NCBI GenBank assembly: GCA_964649215.1
Contig: CAZYOV010000003.1
Span: forward strand, 1-53,497
Origin: an uncultured Dehalococcoidia bacterium
GTDB taxonomy: Bacteria > Chloroflexota > Dehalococcoidia > SM23-28-2 > RBG-16-64-32
Direction: 5' to 3'
Length of the DNA: 53,497 bases
Shown here: piece after piece, positions 8,714 through 18,251 of the stretch
Layout of the letters: each line of letters opens with the position of its first letter
Numbering within the stretch: the first letter of the stretch is position 1
Program-made: the position numbers and the translations under genes
Notes under the pieces: model-generated
Database searches by the model: none
What the model was told of the DNA's origin: nothing
Seen by the model: only the letters and a program-made list of their open reading frames with translations

Positions 8714-10390
8714 CTACTGCCCTAGCCTCGCTTCCTCCTCTTCAACGATAGCCGGGTCGAGCTTCTTGAACAGCGGCTTGGGCTCCGCCATGGGCTGTCC
8801 AGCCTGCGGTTTGACGAACCGCCAGCCGGCGGCGTCCACGGGCCCTTCGCTGCCCAGGTAGGCGTGAAGCTGTTGGCAGGTGAAGGGTAAGTAGGGGTAG
8901 AGGGCGGTCTTCAGCCCACTGATGACGCCGACAGCGGTGTAGAGCACGGTGGCGCAACGCTCACGGTCCACCTTGATGAGGTTCCAGGGAGCGTTCTCCT
9001 CAACGTAGCGGTTAGCGTCCCGTGCCACGGCCATCGCCGACTCCAGGCCGGCACGGAAGCGGCAGAGGCCGATGTTCTCGCCCGCCTCGGCTATGGCCTG
9101 CTCCGCGCGCGACAGGAGAGCGTTATCGGCGGTGGTCATCTCGCCGGGGGTGGGCACCACGCGGTCGAAGTTGCGGTAGGTGAAGCTGAGGACGCGGTTC
9201 ACCAGATTGCCCCAGGTGGCCACCAGCTCGTCGTTGTTTCGGCGCACAAAGTCGCCCCAGGAGAAGTCAGCGTCGGAGGTCTCAGGCATGTTCACGGAGA
9301 GGTAGTAGCGAAGCGAGTCAGGGTCGTAGCGCGATAGGTAGTCGGGCACCCAGACGGCGAGCCTGCGGCTGGTGGAGGCCTTGCTGCCGCGAACGGTCTG
9401 GTACTGGTTGGCGGGGACATCGTAGGGTAGGTTGTACTTCTCGTCGCCCTCGCTGTAGCCCATCAGCATCGCCGGCCAGATGAGGGTGTGGAAGGGGATG
9501 TTGTCCTTGCCGATGAAGTAGTAGCTACGGGTGGACGGGTCCAGCCAGTACTCACGCCAGCACTCCGACTTCCCGGAACGCTCCGCCCACTCCTGGGAGG
9601 CCGATAGATACCCGATGACGGCCTCGAACCAGACGTAGATTCGCTTGCTCTCATAGCCTTCGAGAGGGATAGGGACTCCCCAGTTGATATCGCGGGTGAT
9701 GGCGCGGTCCTGGAGCCCTTCGTTGAGGATGCCCATCGTCCAGTTGAGTACGGCCTTGCGCCAGTGAGTCTGTGGGGAGACCCACTCCTTGAGCTTATCG
9801 TTGAAGGCGCTGAGGCGGAGGAAGAAGTGCTCCTCCTCGCGCCACTCAGGCGTGGCGCCGCAGATCTTGCAGCGGGGGCTGAGCAGGTCGGGGGCGTTGA
9901 GGGTGCGGCCGCAGTTGTCGCACTGGTCGCCGCGGGCGCCGTCATAGTCGCAGTGCGGGCAGATACCCTCCACGTAGCGGTCGGGCAGGAAGCGCTTGTC
10001 CTGGGGGCAGTAGGGCAGGAGCATCGTGTCCTGGTAGATATGGCCGCGCTCCAGTAGTTGGAGAAAGATGTCGTGGGTGGTACGGGCGTGGTACTCGGTG
10101 CCGGTGGTGGTGAATAGGTCGAAGGTTATGCCCAGGCGCTGCCACGTCTCCAGGAACTCTTCGTGGAAGCGGGCCGCCACCTTGTCCGGGGGCAGCTCCT
10201 CGGCTTCGGCGCGGACGGTGACGGGGGTGCCGTGCTGGTCGCTACCGGAGACCATGAGGACGCTGTTGCCGCGGGCGCGGTGGTAGCGCGCGAAGATGTC
10301 GGCCGGGAGGTAGGCGCCGACGATCTGTCCGGTGTGAAGGGAGCCGTTGGCGTAGGGCCAGGCTACGCAGACGAGTATCTTTTCGGACAT
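8714..10390 (-). CDS. metG: Methionine--tRNA ligase without a C-terminal tRNA-binding domain
   Basis: AWPYANGSLHTG, SGSDQHGTP, Zn knuckle with GDQCDNCG, YVWFEAVIGY, FIGKDNIPFH. Confidence 0.97.
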   Translation of the reverse strand: MSEKILVCVAWPYANGSLHTGQIVGAYLPADIFARYHRARGNSVLMVSGSDQHGTPVTVRAEAEELPPDKVAARFHEEFLETWQRLGITFDLFTTTGTEYHARTTHDIFLQLLERGHIYQDTMLLPYCPQDKRFLPDRYVEGICPHCDYDGARGDQCDNCGRTLNAPDLLSPRCKICGATPEWREEEHFFLRLSAFNDKLKEWVSPQTHWRKAVLNWTMGILNEGLQDRAITRDINWGVPIPLEGYESKRIYVWFEAVIGYLSASQEWAERSGKSECWREYWLDPSTRSYYFIGKDNIPFHTLIWPAMLMGYSEGDEKYNLPYDVPANQYQTVRGSKASTSRRLAVWVPDYLSRYDPDSLRYYLSVNMPETSDADFSWGDFVRRNNDELVATWGNLVNRVLSFTYRNFDRVVPTPGEMTTADNALLSRAEQAIAEAGENIGLCRFRAGLESAMAVARDANRYVEENAPWNLIKVDRERCATVLYTAVGVISGLKTALYPYLPFTCQQLHAYLGSEGPVDAAGWRFVKPQAGQPMAEPKPLFKKLDPAIVEEEEARLGQ

Positions 10391-10478
10391 GGAACCCGTT
10401 TGGATTGTAGCATGGAGCCTAGGAAGGGGACAGACAGACAGTGATCCGCGCCCCCGCCCCGCCCCGGGGGCAAGATGG

Positions 10479-11879
10479 CTACGGCTGGACGGGCAGAGGC
10501 TCCTCCATGCGGTCTAGGTCATCGGGGCCGAGGATGGAGTTGTAGAGGGGGCTCCGGGGGTCCGAGCTAGAAGAAAGGCCGTAGAAGAGGATTCCGATGT
10601 ACTTGGACAAGAGCTTGCGGGCACGGGAGAAGAGCAGATCGTCGTTCGGAGGCTCACCATAGGTCTCAGGCCTCATTCGGAAGGTGGAGATGACAGCCTT
10701 GGGATCTCCGGGCGAGTTTCTGACTCCGAAGACGTATCGGAAATGGCTCGCCTCCCAGTATACGTCGACGGGAGTTATCGCTATGAGTACCACGTTGGGG
10801 TCACGATACGCTTCCGGGAAAACCCCCTCCATGTGCTCGATCAGTCTCTCAGCACCGACCTGCTCGCGAAGGGGATCGACGCTGCTTCCCGGCACAGCCT
10901 GAGGGGTGAGGACGGATAGAGTGAGTCCGTACTGGTCGCGATAATAGTTGCCGAGGTGCTGTACGAGGGCGGGTGAGACTTGGCCGAACGGAACGAGACA
11001 GATGCGCTTCCCGGCACCTGCGCAGGAGTCACTGGATGCCGACAGAAGTCCGGACTGGGCTTCGAGACATGAACTCAGCTTGGGGCCCGAACACGGCGCA
11101 TCGTGAAGATCAAGGTCGCGCCACGGGCGGACGTTGGCCGGCGGCTCAGGCACCGTTACCGGCTCACCGTAGTCCAGGAACTCGAAAGTGGTGTGTGTGG
11201 AGAAGCTACGCCCAAACCCGCCGGCGGAAAACCGCTCAATCACGAGCATTTTTCGAGGCAGGTACGTGTTCTTGTGGAGCCACAGCTCAGCTTTTATGCT
11301 GCTTTCATCCGTGTAGAGGGTAAGCGGGCCCAAGATAATCGTCGCTGCCGGCCCGGAACGCTCCCCATCGTCGATGGTGCCAACATAGCGGAGGTAAGCT
11401 TCATCATCGATAGTACCGTCCTCGAGTTGCTCGAGGCTTGAAAGCTGGCCGGTGAACTCTTCGTAGTCGACCGTGAGCTCGTCGGGGCCGCGCTCCGGCA
11501 ATTCGTCACGGGGAATACCCTGATCCCAGGGACTCAGGACGTACCAGGCGCCAGCAGACGTGGCCATGTAGAGATTAGGCGGTAGGAAGAGGTTCTCTGT
11601 GATGAGCTGCTGCTCAGATTCGTCATTGGGGAAGAGCATCTTGGAATAGGCAACTACGTCGCCCAGATAGGCGATCTCGCCCTCCGTTGATGCGTCGAAT
11701 TCATCGATTTCCGTAGTGATCTGGAAGCGCAGCAGAAACGACTCGATCTCGCCGAAGTTGCCGCGAGAGGCGGCTAGGGCTTCTTCGGGGGAGAGGCTCT
11801 CCCCAGCGCAGGCGCCGACGAAAGCAACCAGCGATAGGGTGACGCAGACGAGGGTCACTGCGATGCTAATGTGTGGCAT
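10479..11879 (-). CDS. Lipoprotein with an LppX/LprAFG-like N domain and an archaemetzincin-like C domain lacking zinc ligands
   Basis: Signal peptide with VGAC lipobox; C domain has DPLREQV, IAITPVDVY, YVFG, AVISTFRMRP and KLLSKYIGILFYGL..DPRSPLY. Confidence 0.6.
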   Translation of the reverse strand: MPHISIAVTLVCVTLSLVAFVGACAGESLSPEEALAASRGNFGEIESFLLRFQITTEIDEFDASTEGEIAYLGDVVAYSKMLFPNDESEQQLITENLFLPPNLYMATSAGAWYVLSPWDQGIPRDELPERGPDELTVDYEEFTGQLSSLEQLEDGTIDDEAYLRYVGTIDDGERSGPAATIILGPLTLYTDESSIKAELWLHKNTYLPRKMLVIERFSAGGFGRSFSTHTTFEFLDYGEPVTVPEPPANVRPWRDLDLHDAPCSGPKLSSCLEAQSGLLSASSDSCAGAGKRICLVPFGQVSPALVQHLGNYYRDQYGLTLSVLTPQAVPGSSVDPLREQVGAERLIEHMEGVFPEAYRDPNVVLIAITPVDVYWEASHFRYVFGVRNSPGDPKAVISTFRMRPETYGEPPNDDLLFSRARKLLSKYIGILFYGLSSSSDPRSPLYNSILGPDDLDRMEEPLPVQP

Positions 11880-11958
11880 TCCTCGGCCCGAAGTAGTAAA
11901 CGCAATGGCGCTCGATAACGTTACAGCAAGGCCGGCTGGCCTGCCAACCTAAACCCTG

Positions 11959-11986
11959 CCTGCCGGTTGGCAGGGTTGCCCCTACG
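11959..11986. repeat. CCTGCCGGTTGGCAGG palindrome joined to a GCCCCTAC REP half
   Basis: One mismatch to 1823-1838; sits at the rsmI stop. Confidence 0.6.
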
Positions 11987-12805
11987 CTACGTGCCTATCT
12001 CCAGCCACATGCGGTAGACCTGCCGGTGAGGCAGGCCGTAACGCCGCGCGACCTCGGCGACGGCACGTTTGGCCGGCTCCCCGTCCGCCTTACGTTGCTG
12101 CAGCTCCCGGCGGACCTCCTCGAAGTCAGGTGCAGCGGGGCCGGTGGAACCCTCGACGACGAGCGTAAACTCGCCGCGGGGCCTATCGGCGAAGTGCTCC
12201 AGCGCCTCGCTGATGGAGCCGCGAAACACCTCCTCGAACGCCTTTGTCAGCTCGCGGCAGACGGCGATGCGACGATCGCCCCACTCGGCGTGCATGTCGA
12301 AGAGGCTGCGAACCAGCCGGTGCGGCGACTCGAAGGCGACGACGGTACGGGGGTCGTCGCGCAGGGAGGCGAACAGGCGACGGCGCTCGCCGGCGCGGCG
12401 GGGGAGAAAGCCCAGGTAAGTGAACTGCCGGCTGGACAGGCCGGAGACGGCGAGCGCGGCCGTTATGGCGGAGGGTCCGGGGATAGGCGTGACGGTGAAA
12501 TCCGCCTCCAGGGCCGCCGTCACCAGATCATGGCCGGGGTCGCTTATGACGGGCGTTCCGCCTTCGGAGACGAGAGCGACGTCGCCGTCGCGCAGAGCGG
12601 CCAGGAGCTGAGGCCGCCTGGCCGCCTTGTTGTGCTCGTTGTAGCTGACGAGGCGGGCGCGGATGCCGTGGCGGGCGAGCAGCTTGCGGGTGGTGCGGGT
12701 GTCCTCGGCGGCGATGAGGGAGACCTCGCGCAGGACACGAAGGGCGCGGAGGGTGACGTCCTCCAGATTGCCAATGGGGGTGGCGACGACGTATAGGGTG
12801 GGCAT
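11987..12805 (-). CDS. rsmI: 16S rRNA (cytidine1402-2'-O)-methyltransferase
   Basis: LYVVATPIGNLEDVTLRA, AAEDTR, VSEGGTPVISDPG, FESPHR, CRELTK. Confidence 0.97.
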   Translation of the reverse strand: MPTLYVVATPIGNLEDVTLRALRVLREVSLIAAEDTRTTRKLLARHGIRARLVSYNEHNKAARRPQLLAALRDGDVALVSEGGTPVISDPGHDLVTAALEADFTVTPIPGPSAITAALAVSGLSSRQFTYLGFLPRRAGERRRLFASLRDDPRTVVAFESPHRLVRSLFDMHAEWGDRRIAVCRELTKAFEEVFRGSISEALEHFADRPRGEFTLVVEGSTGPAAPDFEEVRRELQQRKADGEPAKRAVAEVARRYGLPHRQVYRMWLEIGT

Positions 12806-12907
12806 CTCGGGGCGATTATACCGTTAGTGCGATGCGTCCAGCTCCGCCAGGTGCGATGTAAACGATAGGGAAATGATTAAACTCCTTCACCATTAGGCCA
12901 AAAACCG

Positions 12908-12936
12908 TTGACGCGGGTTACGGCCGTTGATATAGT
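12908..12936 (+). promoter_or_regulatory. sigma70-type promoter of the IMPDH-like gene
   Basis: TTGACG, 17-nt spacer, TATAGT. Confidence 0.7.
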
Positions 12937-12978
12937 GGTTGAAAACCCCCGCAGGTCCCTTTCCCGAGGCGAGGAATC

Positions 12979-14115
12979 GTGAGTATATCAGCTTATCGAG
13001 AACTCAGACCCGCCTACGGGTTCGACGAGGTGGCCATCGTCCCCGGCTCCGTCACCGTCAACCCGGAGCTTACGAACGTCCGCTTCGCGCTGGGCGAGTT
13101 CACGTTCGAGATGCCGATTCTGGCTGCCGCCCTGGACTCCGTGAGCGACCCGCGCTTTGCAGTGGAGATGGGTCAGCGCGGCGGCTTGGCGGTGATAAAT
13201 CTGGAAGGTCTCCAGTGCCGCTACGAAGACCCAAGCACGGCGATCGCGGAGATCATCCAGGCCGAACAGAGCGAGTCGGCGGCCGTCATCCAAAAGCTGT
13301 ACGCGGCCCCCGTTCGCGAGGAGCTCATCGGCCGTCGCATCCATGCGATCAAGGAGGGCGGCGTCGCATGCGCCGTCTCTTGCACGCCCGCCAACACGAA
13401 AAAGCTGGCGCCCATCGCCGTGGACGCCGGCGCCGACGTGTTCGTCGTGCAGGCCACAGTCACCACGGCCCGTCACATCTCGCGCAGCCTGCGCGGCCTC
13501 ATCTTTGAGGAGCTGTGCGCGAACATTCGCGTACCAGTGGTGGTGGGTAACACGGTTACCTTCGGGGCGGCGAAGGAGCTTATGGAGACCGGCATCTCAG
13601 GCCTGCTTGTGGGTGTGGGGCCGGGCGCTATCTGCACCTCGCGTGAGGTACTTGGCATTGGCGTGCCGCAGGTGACGGCGACGATGGACTGTGCCGCCGC
13701 CCGCGATCAGTACTACAGCGAGAGCGGGCATTACGTGCCGATCATCACCGACGGCGGCATGCGCAGCGGCAGCGACGTCTGCAAGGCGCTGGCCGCGGGC
13801 GCCGACGCCGTCATGCTGGGGTCGGCGTTCGCGCGGACGGAGGAGGCGCCGGCGAAAGGTTGCTCCTGGGGGATGTCGACCGGCCACGCGGAGCTGCCGC
13901 GGGGCACCCGGATCACCGTAGGCATGGACACGACGCTGGACCGGCTGCTGTTCGGGCCGACCTCCAAGACCGACGGCACGGAGAACCTGGTGGGCGCCAT
14001 CCGGACGTGCATGGGGGTCTGCGGCGCCCAGACGATCGGCGAGCTCCACGAGGCGGAGATGATCGTCGCGCCCTCGATCAAGACGGAGGGCAAGGTCTAC
14101 CAGCTGAGCCGATAG
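12979..14115 (+). CDS. GuaB3-family IMP dehydrogenase-related protein
   Basis: AYGFDEVAIVP, VGVGPGAICTSREVLGIGVPQ, ITDGG, KALAAGADAVMLGS; no CBS domains. Confidence 0.88.
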   Translation: MSISAYRELRPAYGFDEVAIVPGSVTVNPELTNVRFALGEFTFEMPILAAALDSVSDPRFAVEMGQRGGLAVINLEGLQCRYEDPSTAIAEIIQAEQSESAAVIQKLYAAPVREELIGRRIHAIKEGGVACAVSCTPANTKKLAPIAVDAGADVFVVQATVTTARHISRSLRGLIFEELCANIRVPVVVGNTVTFGAAKELMETGISGLLVGVGPGAICTSREVLGIGVPQVTATMDCAAARDQYYSESGHYVPIITDGGMRSGSDVCKALAAGADAVMLGSAFARTEEAPAKGCSWGMSTGHAELPRGTRITVGMDTTLDRLLFGPTSKTDGTENLVGAIRTCMGVCGAQTIGELHEAEMIVAPSIKTEGKVYQLSR

Positions 14116-14167
14116 CTCAACCCATCGACCGCCGCAACGGCGGCGCGGAGCCAGAAGGAGGAACCTC

Positions 14168-14560
14168 ATGGCGGATCACCCTAACGCTACCCTGCTGAGG
14201 AAAGGCTACGAGGCGTTCGGCGCGGGTGACATGGCGACGATCACAGAGCTATTCAGCGAGGACGTGGTGTGGCACGCCCCCGGCAACAGCCAGCTGTCTG
14301 GAGTGCATAGGGGGAGGGACGCTGTATTCGCTATCTTCGCCAAGACGACGCAGCTAAGCGGGGGCACGTTCAAGATCGAGGTGCACGACGTGCTGGCCAA
14401 CGAGCAGCACGCGGTAGCGCTGACGCGTGCGACGGCGAGCCGCCAGGGCAAGACATACGACTCCCTGGACACGGACGTTTACCACGTGAGCGGTGGGAAG
14501 GTCACGGAGTGGTGGTCATTCGTGGAGAACGGGCGCGTCGCCGACGAGTTCTGGTCCTAG
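14168..14560 (+). CDS. SnoaL-like / NTF2-fold protein
   Basis: YEAFGAGDM..EDVVWHAPG..GVHRGRD..GGKVTEWW; GGAGG SD. Confidence 0.85.
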   Translation: MADHPNATLLRKGYEAFGAGDMATITELFSEDVVWHAPGNSQLSGVHRGRDAVFAIFAKTTQLSGGTFKIEVHDVLANEQHAVALTRATASRQGKTYDSLDTDVYHVSGGKVTEWWSFVENGRVADEFWS

Positions 14561-14742
14561 ATCGGCGATCACCCGTTAGGCGGAGAGGGTGGCCGCGCTC
14601 TCGATCAAGATGGAGGCTGAGGTCTATACCCCAGCCGATAGCCTAAATCGCCAGTCGCGGCTGGCGCGCCCTGAGACGATCCACCACCCGCGGGCGGTTG
14701 AGGCCACTTGTGTTGTAGCTCGACCACCGGGCGCTCCGCACC

Positions 14743-15666
14743 CTAGGTCCGCACCACGAGGACGCGGTCCAGCCGCGAGAGGTCTTGCGTCACCTCGATG
14801 CGGGCCTGAGGGAAGGCCGCCGCCGCCAGCGTGCGGGCGGCTTCGCCCTGCTGTTCGCTGATCTCGGCGAAGAGGGCGCCACCGGGCTTGAGGTGGGGTG
14901 GGGCGTCCCGCAACATCCGCTCGATGAGACGGAGGCCGTCCGGGCCGCCGTCCAGACCCAGCCGCGGCTCGTGCTCGTTGATCTCCGGCGGCGCCGCCTC
15001 GAAGTCGGCGGTGCCGACGTAGGGGAGGTTGGCGGCGATGACGTCGACAGCGGCGTCTAGGGGCTTCAGCAGGTCGCCTTGGTGAAAGCGGATGCGCTGG
15101 GCCAGGCCGTGGCGCTCAGCGTTGCGGCGGGCCAGGGCCAGCGCCCGCGGCGAGATGTCGATGGCGATGATCTCAGCCTCAGACAGGTTCACCGCCAGCG
15201 CAACGGCGATGGCGCCGCAGCCGACGCCGACATCCGCCACCTGCGCCAGGTCGCCCGCACGGACGCGGTCGACGACGAGCTCAACGAGCGTCTCGGTCTC
15301 CGGACGGGGGATAATGGCGGCGGACGTGACCTCCAACTCCAGCCCGTAGAACTCCTTGTGCCCAAGGATGTACGCCGTCGGCTCATGCGCGAGGCGGCGC
15401 TGGAGCAGAGCATCGAAGTCGCTCTCAGCCCGGGGCGTCAGCTCGTCACGGAGGCGCTGGTAGAGGTGGGTACGGTCAGTGTTAAGGGCGTGGGCGAGGA
15501 GGAGCTCCGCCTCCAGACTGGCCTCTTCGCTTCTTGCGTCGGAGAGCATCCGCGAGCCGCGGCGGAGGGCCTCACGGATGTTCAGGGGCGTGCTTGTACG
15601 TTCCGGGCGATCCGACCCACCCCGCTGCGCCGCTCGAGATCCCTTCGCGTGCCCCGGCCCTCGCAT
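14743..15666 (-). CDS. prmC: Release factor glutamine methyltransferase; start uncertain
   Basis: RRLAHEPTAYILGHKEFYG, IIPRPETE, DVGVGCGAI, ANLPY, LDGGPDGL; follows prfA. Confidence 0.93.
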   Translation of the reverse strand: MRGPGHAKGSRAAQRGGSDRPERTSTPLNIREALRRGSRMLSDARSEEASLEAELLLAHALNTDRTHLYQRLRDELTPRAESDFDALLQRRLAHEPTAYILGHKEFYGLELEVTSAAIIPRPETETLVELVVDRVRAGDLAQVADVGVGCGAIAVALAVNLSEAEIIAIDISPRALALARRNAERHGLAQRIRFHQGDLLKPLDAAVDVIAANLPYVGTADFEAAPPEINEHEPRLGLDGGPDGLRLIERMLRDAPPHLKPGGALFAEISEQQGEAARTLAAAAFPQARIEVTQDLSRLDRVLVVRT

Positions 15667-15700
15667 TCGAAGAACCTCGTCGCCGCTCAGGATGACAATC
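15625..15700 (-). repeat. GTCATCCTGAGC..GAAGGGATCTC-type palindromic repeat
   Basis: Minus strand reads GTCATCCTGAGCGGCG..GCGAAGGGATCTCG, just after the prfA stop. Confidence 0.55.
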
Positions 15701-15706
15701 GGGGTC

Positions 15707-16777
15707 TCAGGCGAGCTGGGCTTCGAGGAGACGCGACTGCTCGTCTTCCTGCATCCCCTCAATGATGTCGTCAATCTCGCCGTCGAGTAGGGCGGGGAGG
15801 TTGTGCCGCGTGTAGTTGATGCGATGGTCTGTGACGCGATCCTGGGGGACGTTGTAGGTACGTATCTTCTCGGCCCGCTCGCCGCTGCCGACCTGGGACC
15901 GCCGGGTGGAGTCCAGTTCTTCGCGCTGCTTACGCTGCTCGATGTCGAGGACGCGGGCGCGGAGGACGGTCATCGCCTTGACGCGGTTCTTGAGCTGGGA
16001 GCGCTCGTCCTGGCAGACTGCGACGATGCCCGTGGGGAGGTGGGTGATGCGGATGGCGGTAGCGTTCTTCTGTACGCTCTGGCCGCCGTGGCCGCTGGCG
16101 TTGAAGATATCGATGCGCAGGTCCTTGTCGTCGATATGGACATCAACCTCGTCGGCCTCGGGCAGGACAGCCACGGTAGCGGTGGAGGTGTGGATACGGC
16201 CGCTGGCCTCGGTGGCGGGGACGCGCTGAACGCGGTGGACGCCGCTTTCGAACTTCAGATGAGAGTAGGCGCCCTCGCCATGCACCTCGAAGGTTATCTC
16301 CTTGAAGCCGCCGAGGTCTCTGGGGTGGGAGTTCAGCACCTCTACCGTCCAGCCCTTGCGCTCCGCGTAGCGGCTGTACATACGGTAGAGGTCGCCGGCG
16401 AACAGGGAGGCCTCCTCGCCGCCGGCGGCGGCCCGTATCTCGACGATGACGTTCTTGTCGTCGAGGGGGTCTTTGGGGACGAGGGCGAGGCGCAGCTTCT
16501 CCTCCAGCGCCCCGATTCCGGCCTGCGTCTGCTCGATCTCCTCCTGAGCGAGCGCGACGAGGTCTGAGTCTCCGCCCTCAGCGACGATTACGCGCGCTTC
16601 CTCCAGCGCCTTCGTCAGACGGCGGTGCTCGCGATACATGGAGACGGTGTCCTCCAGGGACGAGTGCTCGCGGGCGAGCGACTGGAGCCGGTCGTAGTCG
16701 CCGGCGATTTCGGGCCGGGCCATCTCTCGGCCGAGCTCCTCGTATCGGGCCTCTATTGCGGCTAGCTTATCGATCAT
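15707..16777 (-). CDS. prfA: Peptide chain release factor 1
   Basis: EIRAAAGGEEA, FESGVHRVQRVPAT (PxT), GHGGQ (GGQ), GERAEKIRTYN. Confidence 0.97.
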   Translation of the reverse strand: MIDKLAAIEARYEELGREMARPEIAGDYDRLQSLAREHSSLEDTVSMYREHRRLTKALEEARVIVAEGGDSDLVALAQEEIEQTQAGIGALEEKLRLALVPKDPLDDKNVIVEIRAAAGGEEASLFAGDLYRMYSRYAERKGWTVEVLNSHPRDLGGFKEITFEVHGEGAYSHLKFESGVHRVQRVPATEASGRIHTSTATVAVLPEADEVDVHIDDKDLRIDIFNASGHGGQSVQKNATAIRITHLPTGIVAVCQDERSQLKNRVKAMTVLRARVLDIEQRKQREELDSTRRSQVGSGERAEKIRTYNVPQDRVTDHRINYTRHNLPALLDGEIDDIIEGMQEDEQSRLLEAQLA

Positions 16778-16858
16778 GGTCAGGTCACCAACGTACGTAG
16801 GCCCCCCGAACGGGGGCCTAGCGCGATTATATCACGGGAGCGGCCCCGAAATCCGGGG

Positions 16859-18121
16859 CTAGCCAGGTGTTAGATGTTCGCGGACTCGGCTGAGCGGTAG
16901 CGTCTCCTGATGACCGTCCGATAGGCGACGCAACGTCGCCGTGCCGTCGGCCAGCTCTCGCTTGCCGATGATGGCAGCATAGGCGGCGCCGAGGGAATCG
17001 GCGTGGCGCATCTGCGCTTTGAGGGAGCGCTCTCCGGCGGCGACGATTGCGGCGATGCCCTCTCGGCGGAGGTCTGAGGCGAGGCGGAACGCCTGGGAGC
17101 GGGCCTCGGCGGTCTGAAAGGCGACGAACACGCGCGGTCGCGCGGGCTCTCCGACGGCCACCTCCTGGCGTTTGAGGTTGAGGATTATACGCTCGATGCC
17201 GGTGGCGAAGCCGGTGCCGGGCGTGGGCCTGCCGCCGAGCTGCTCGATGAGGCCGTCGTAGCGGCCACCGGCGCCCACGGTGCTTTGGGCGCCCTCCGCC
17301 TGGGGCTGGAACTCGAACACCGCGCGGGTGTAGTAGTCCAGCCCGCGCACCAGGCGGGGGTTGACCACGTAATCGATCTCGACTTCCTCAAGATAGGCCC
17401 GGAGCCGCGAGAAGTGGTCGGCGCAGGCGTCACATAGGTGATCGGTAAAGGGGGGCGCGGCGGCGATCACCGGCTGGCAGCGCTCCTGTTTGCAGTCCAA
17501 GAGGCGCAGGGGGCTACGCTGGTAGCGCTCTTCGCAGTCGTTGCACACCTGCTTCAGCTTGTCGGCGTAGTAGCCGCGCAGCGCATCCAGGTAGCGGGGC
17601 CGACACTCGCCGTCGCCGATGCTGTTCAGGTGGAGCGTGAGCCCCTGGAGGCCGAGATCCTCGTACAGGCGGAAGAGGAGCTCGATCACCTCCGCGTCCA
17701 CGGAGGCGTCCGCCTCGCCGATAGCCTCGCAGCCGAGCTGGGTGTGCTGGCGGTAGCGGCCGGCCTGGGGGCGGTCATAGCGAAAGATGGGGCACCAGTA
17801 CCAGAGGCGCACCGGCTGGGGCAGGTTGTGCATGCCGTGCTCCAGATAGGCACGGCAGACGGGCGCGGTGCCCTCCGGGCGCAGGGCGAGCTGCTGACCG
17901 CCGCGGTCCTCAAATACGTACATCTCCTTCTCGACGATGTCCGTGGATTCACCGACACCGCGGCTGAACAGGGACGCATCCTCGAATACGGGCGTCTCGA
18001 TACGCCGGTAGCCGAACAGCCCACATATGCGGGCGGACGCCTCCCAGACGCGATCCCAGTAGGGCTGGTCATCCGGGAGGACGTCCGTGGTTCCCCTGGG
18101 GGCCTTGTACCGCTTGGTCAT
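16859..18121 (-). CDS. hisS: Histidine--tRNA ligase
   Basis: APRGTTD, LRPEGTA, FRYDRPQAGRYRQ, LVRGLDYY, GAGGRYDGL. Confidence 0.97.
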   Translation of the reverse strand: MTKRYKAPRGTTDVLPDDQPYWDRVWEASARICGLFGYRRIETPVFEDASLFSRGVGESTDIVEKEMYVFEDRGGQQLALRPEGTAPVCRAYLEHGMHNLPQPVRLWYWCPIFRYDRPQAGRYRQHTQLGCEAIGEADASVDAEVIELLFRLYEDLGLQGLTLHLNSIGDGECRPRYLDALRGYYADKLKQVCNDCEERYQRSPLRLLDCKQERCQPVIAAAPPFTDHLCDACADHFSRLRAYLEEVEIDYVVNPRLVRGLDYYTRAVFEFQPQAEGAQSTVGAGGRYDGLIEQLGGRPTPGTGFATGIERIILNLKRQEVAVGEPARPRVFVAFQTAEARSQAFRLASDLRREGIAAIVAAGERSLKAQMRHADSLGAAYAAIIGKRELADGTATLRRLSDGHQETLPLSRVREHLTPG

Positions 18122-18251
18122 CTTCTTCCTTGCATGCCGGTCTTCTGGCCGAGCATACTAGAAGGCGGTAGGAAGAGCAAAGCTTCCCGGCCTGCATCTG
18201 CTCGATGCTGTACTGACGCGGAACAATCTGACACGGAGGGGGTCATCTCAC

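Noticed and set aside
12812-12834. Isolated TTAGTG here and CACTAA at about 40663 as further sites
   Set aside because: No partner arm at 6-nt spacing
12937-12978. Purine riboswitch before the IMPDH-like gene
   Set aside because: The leader is only about 40 nt and lacks the aptamer consensus
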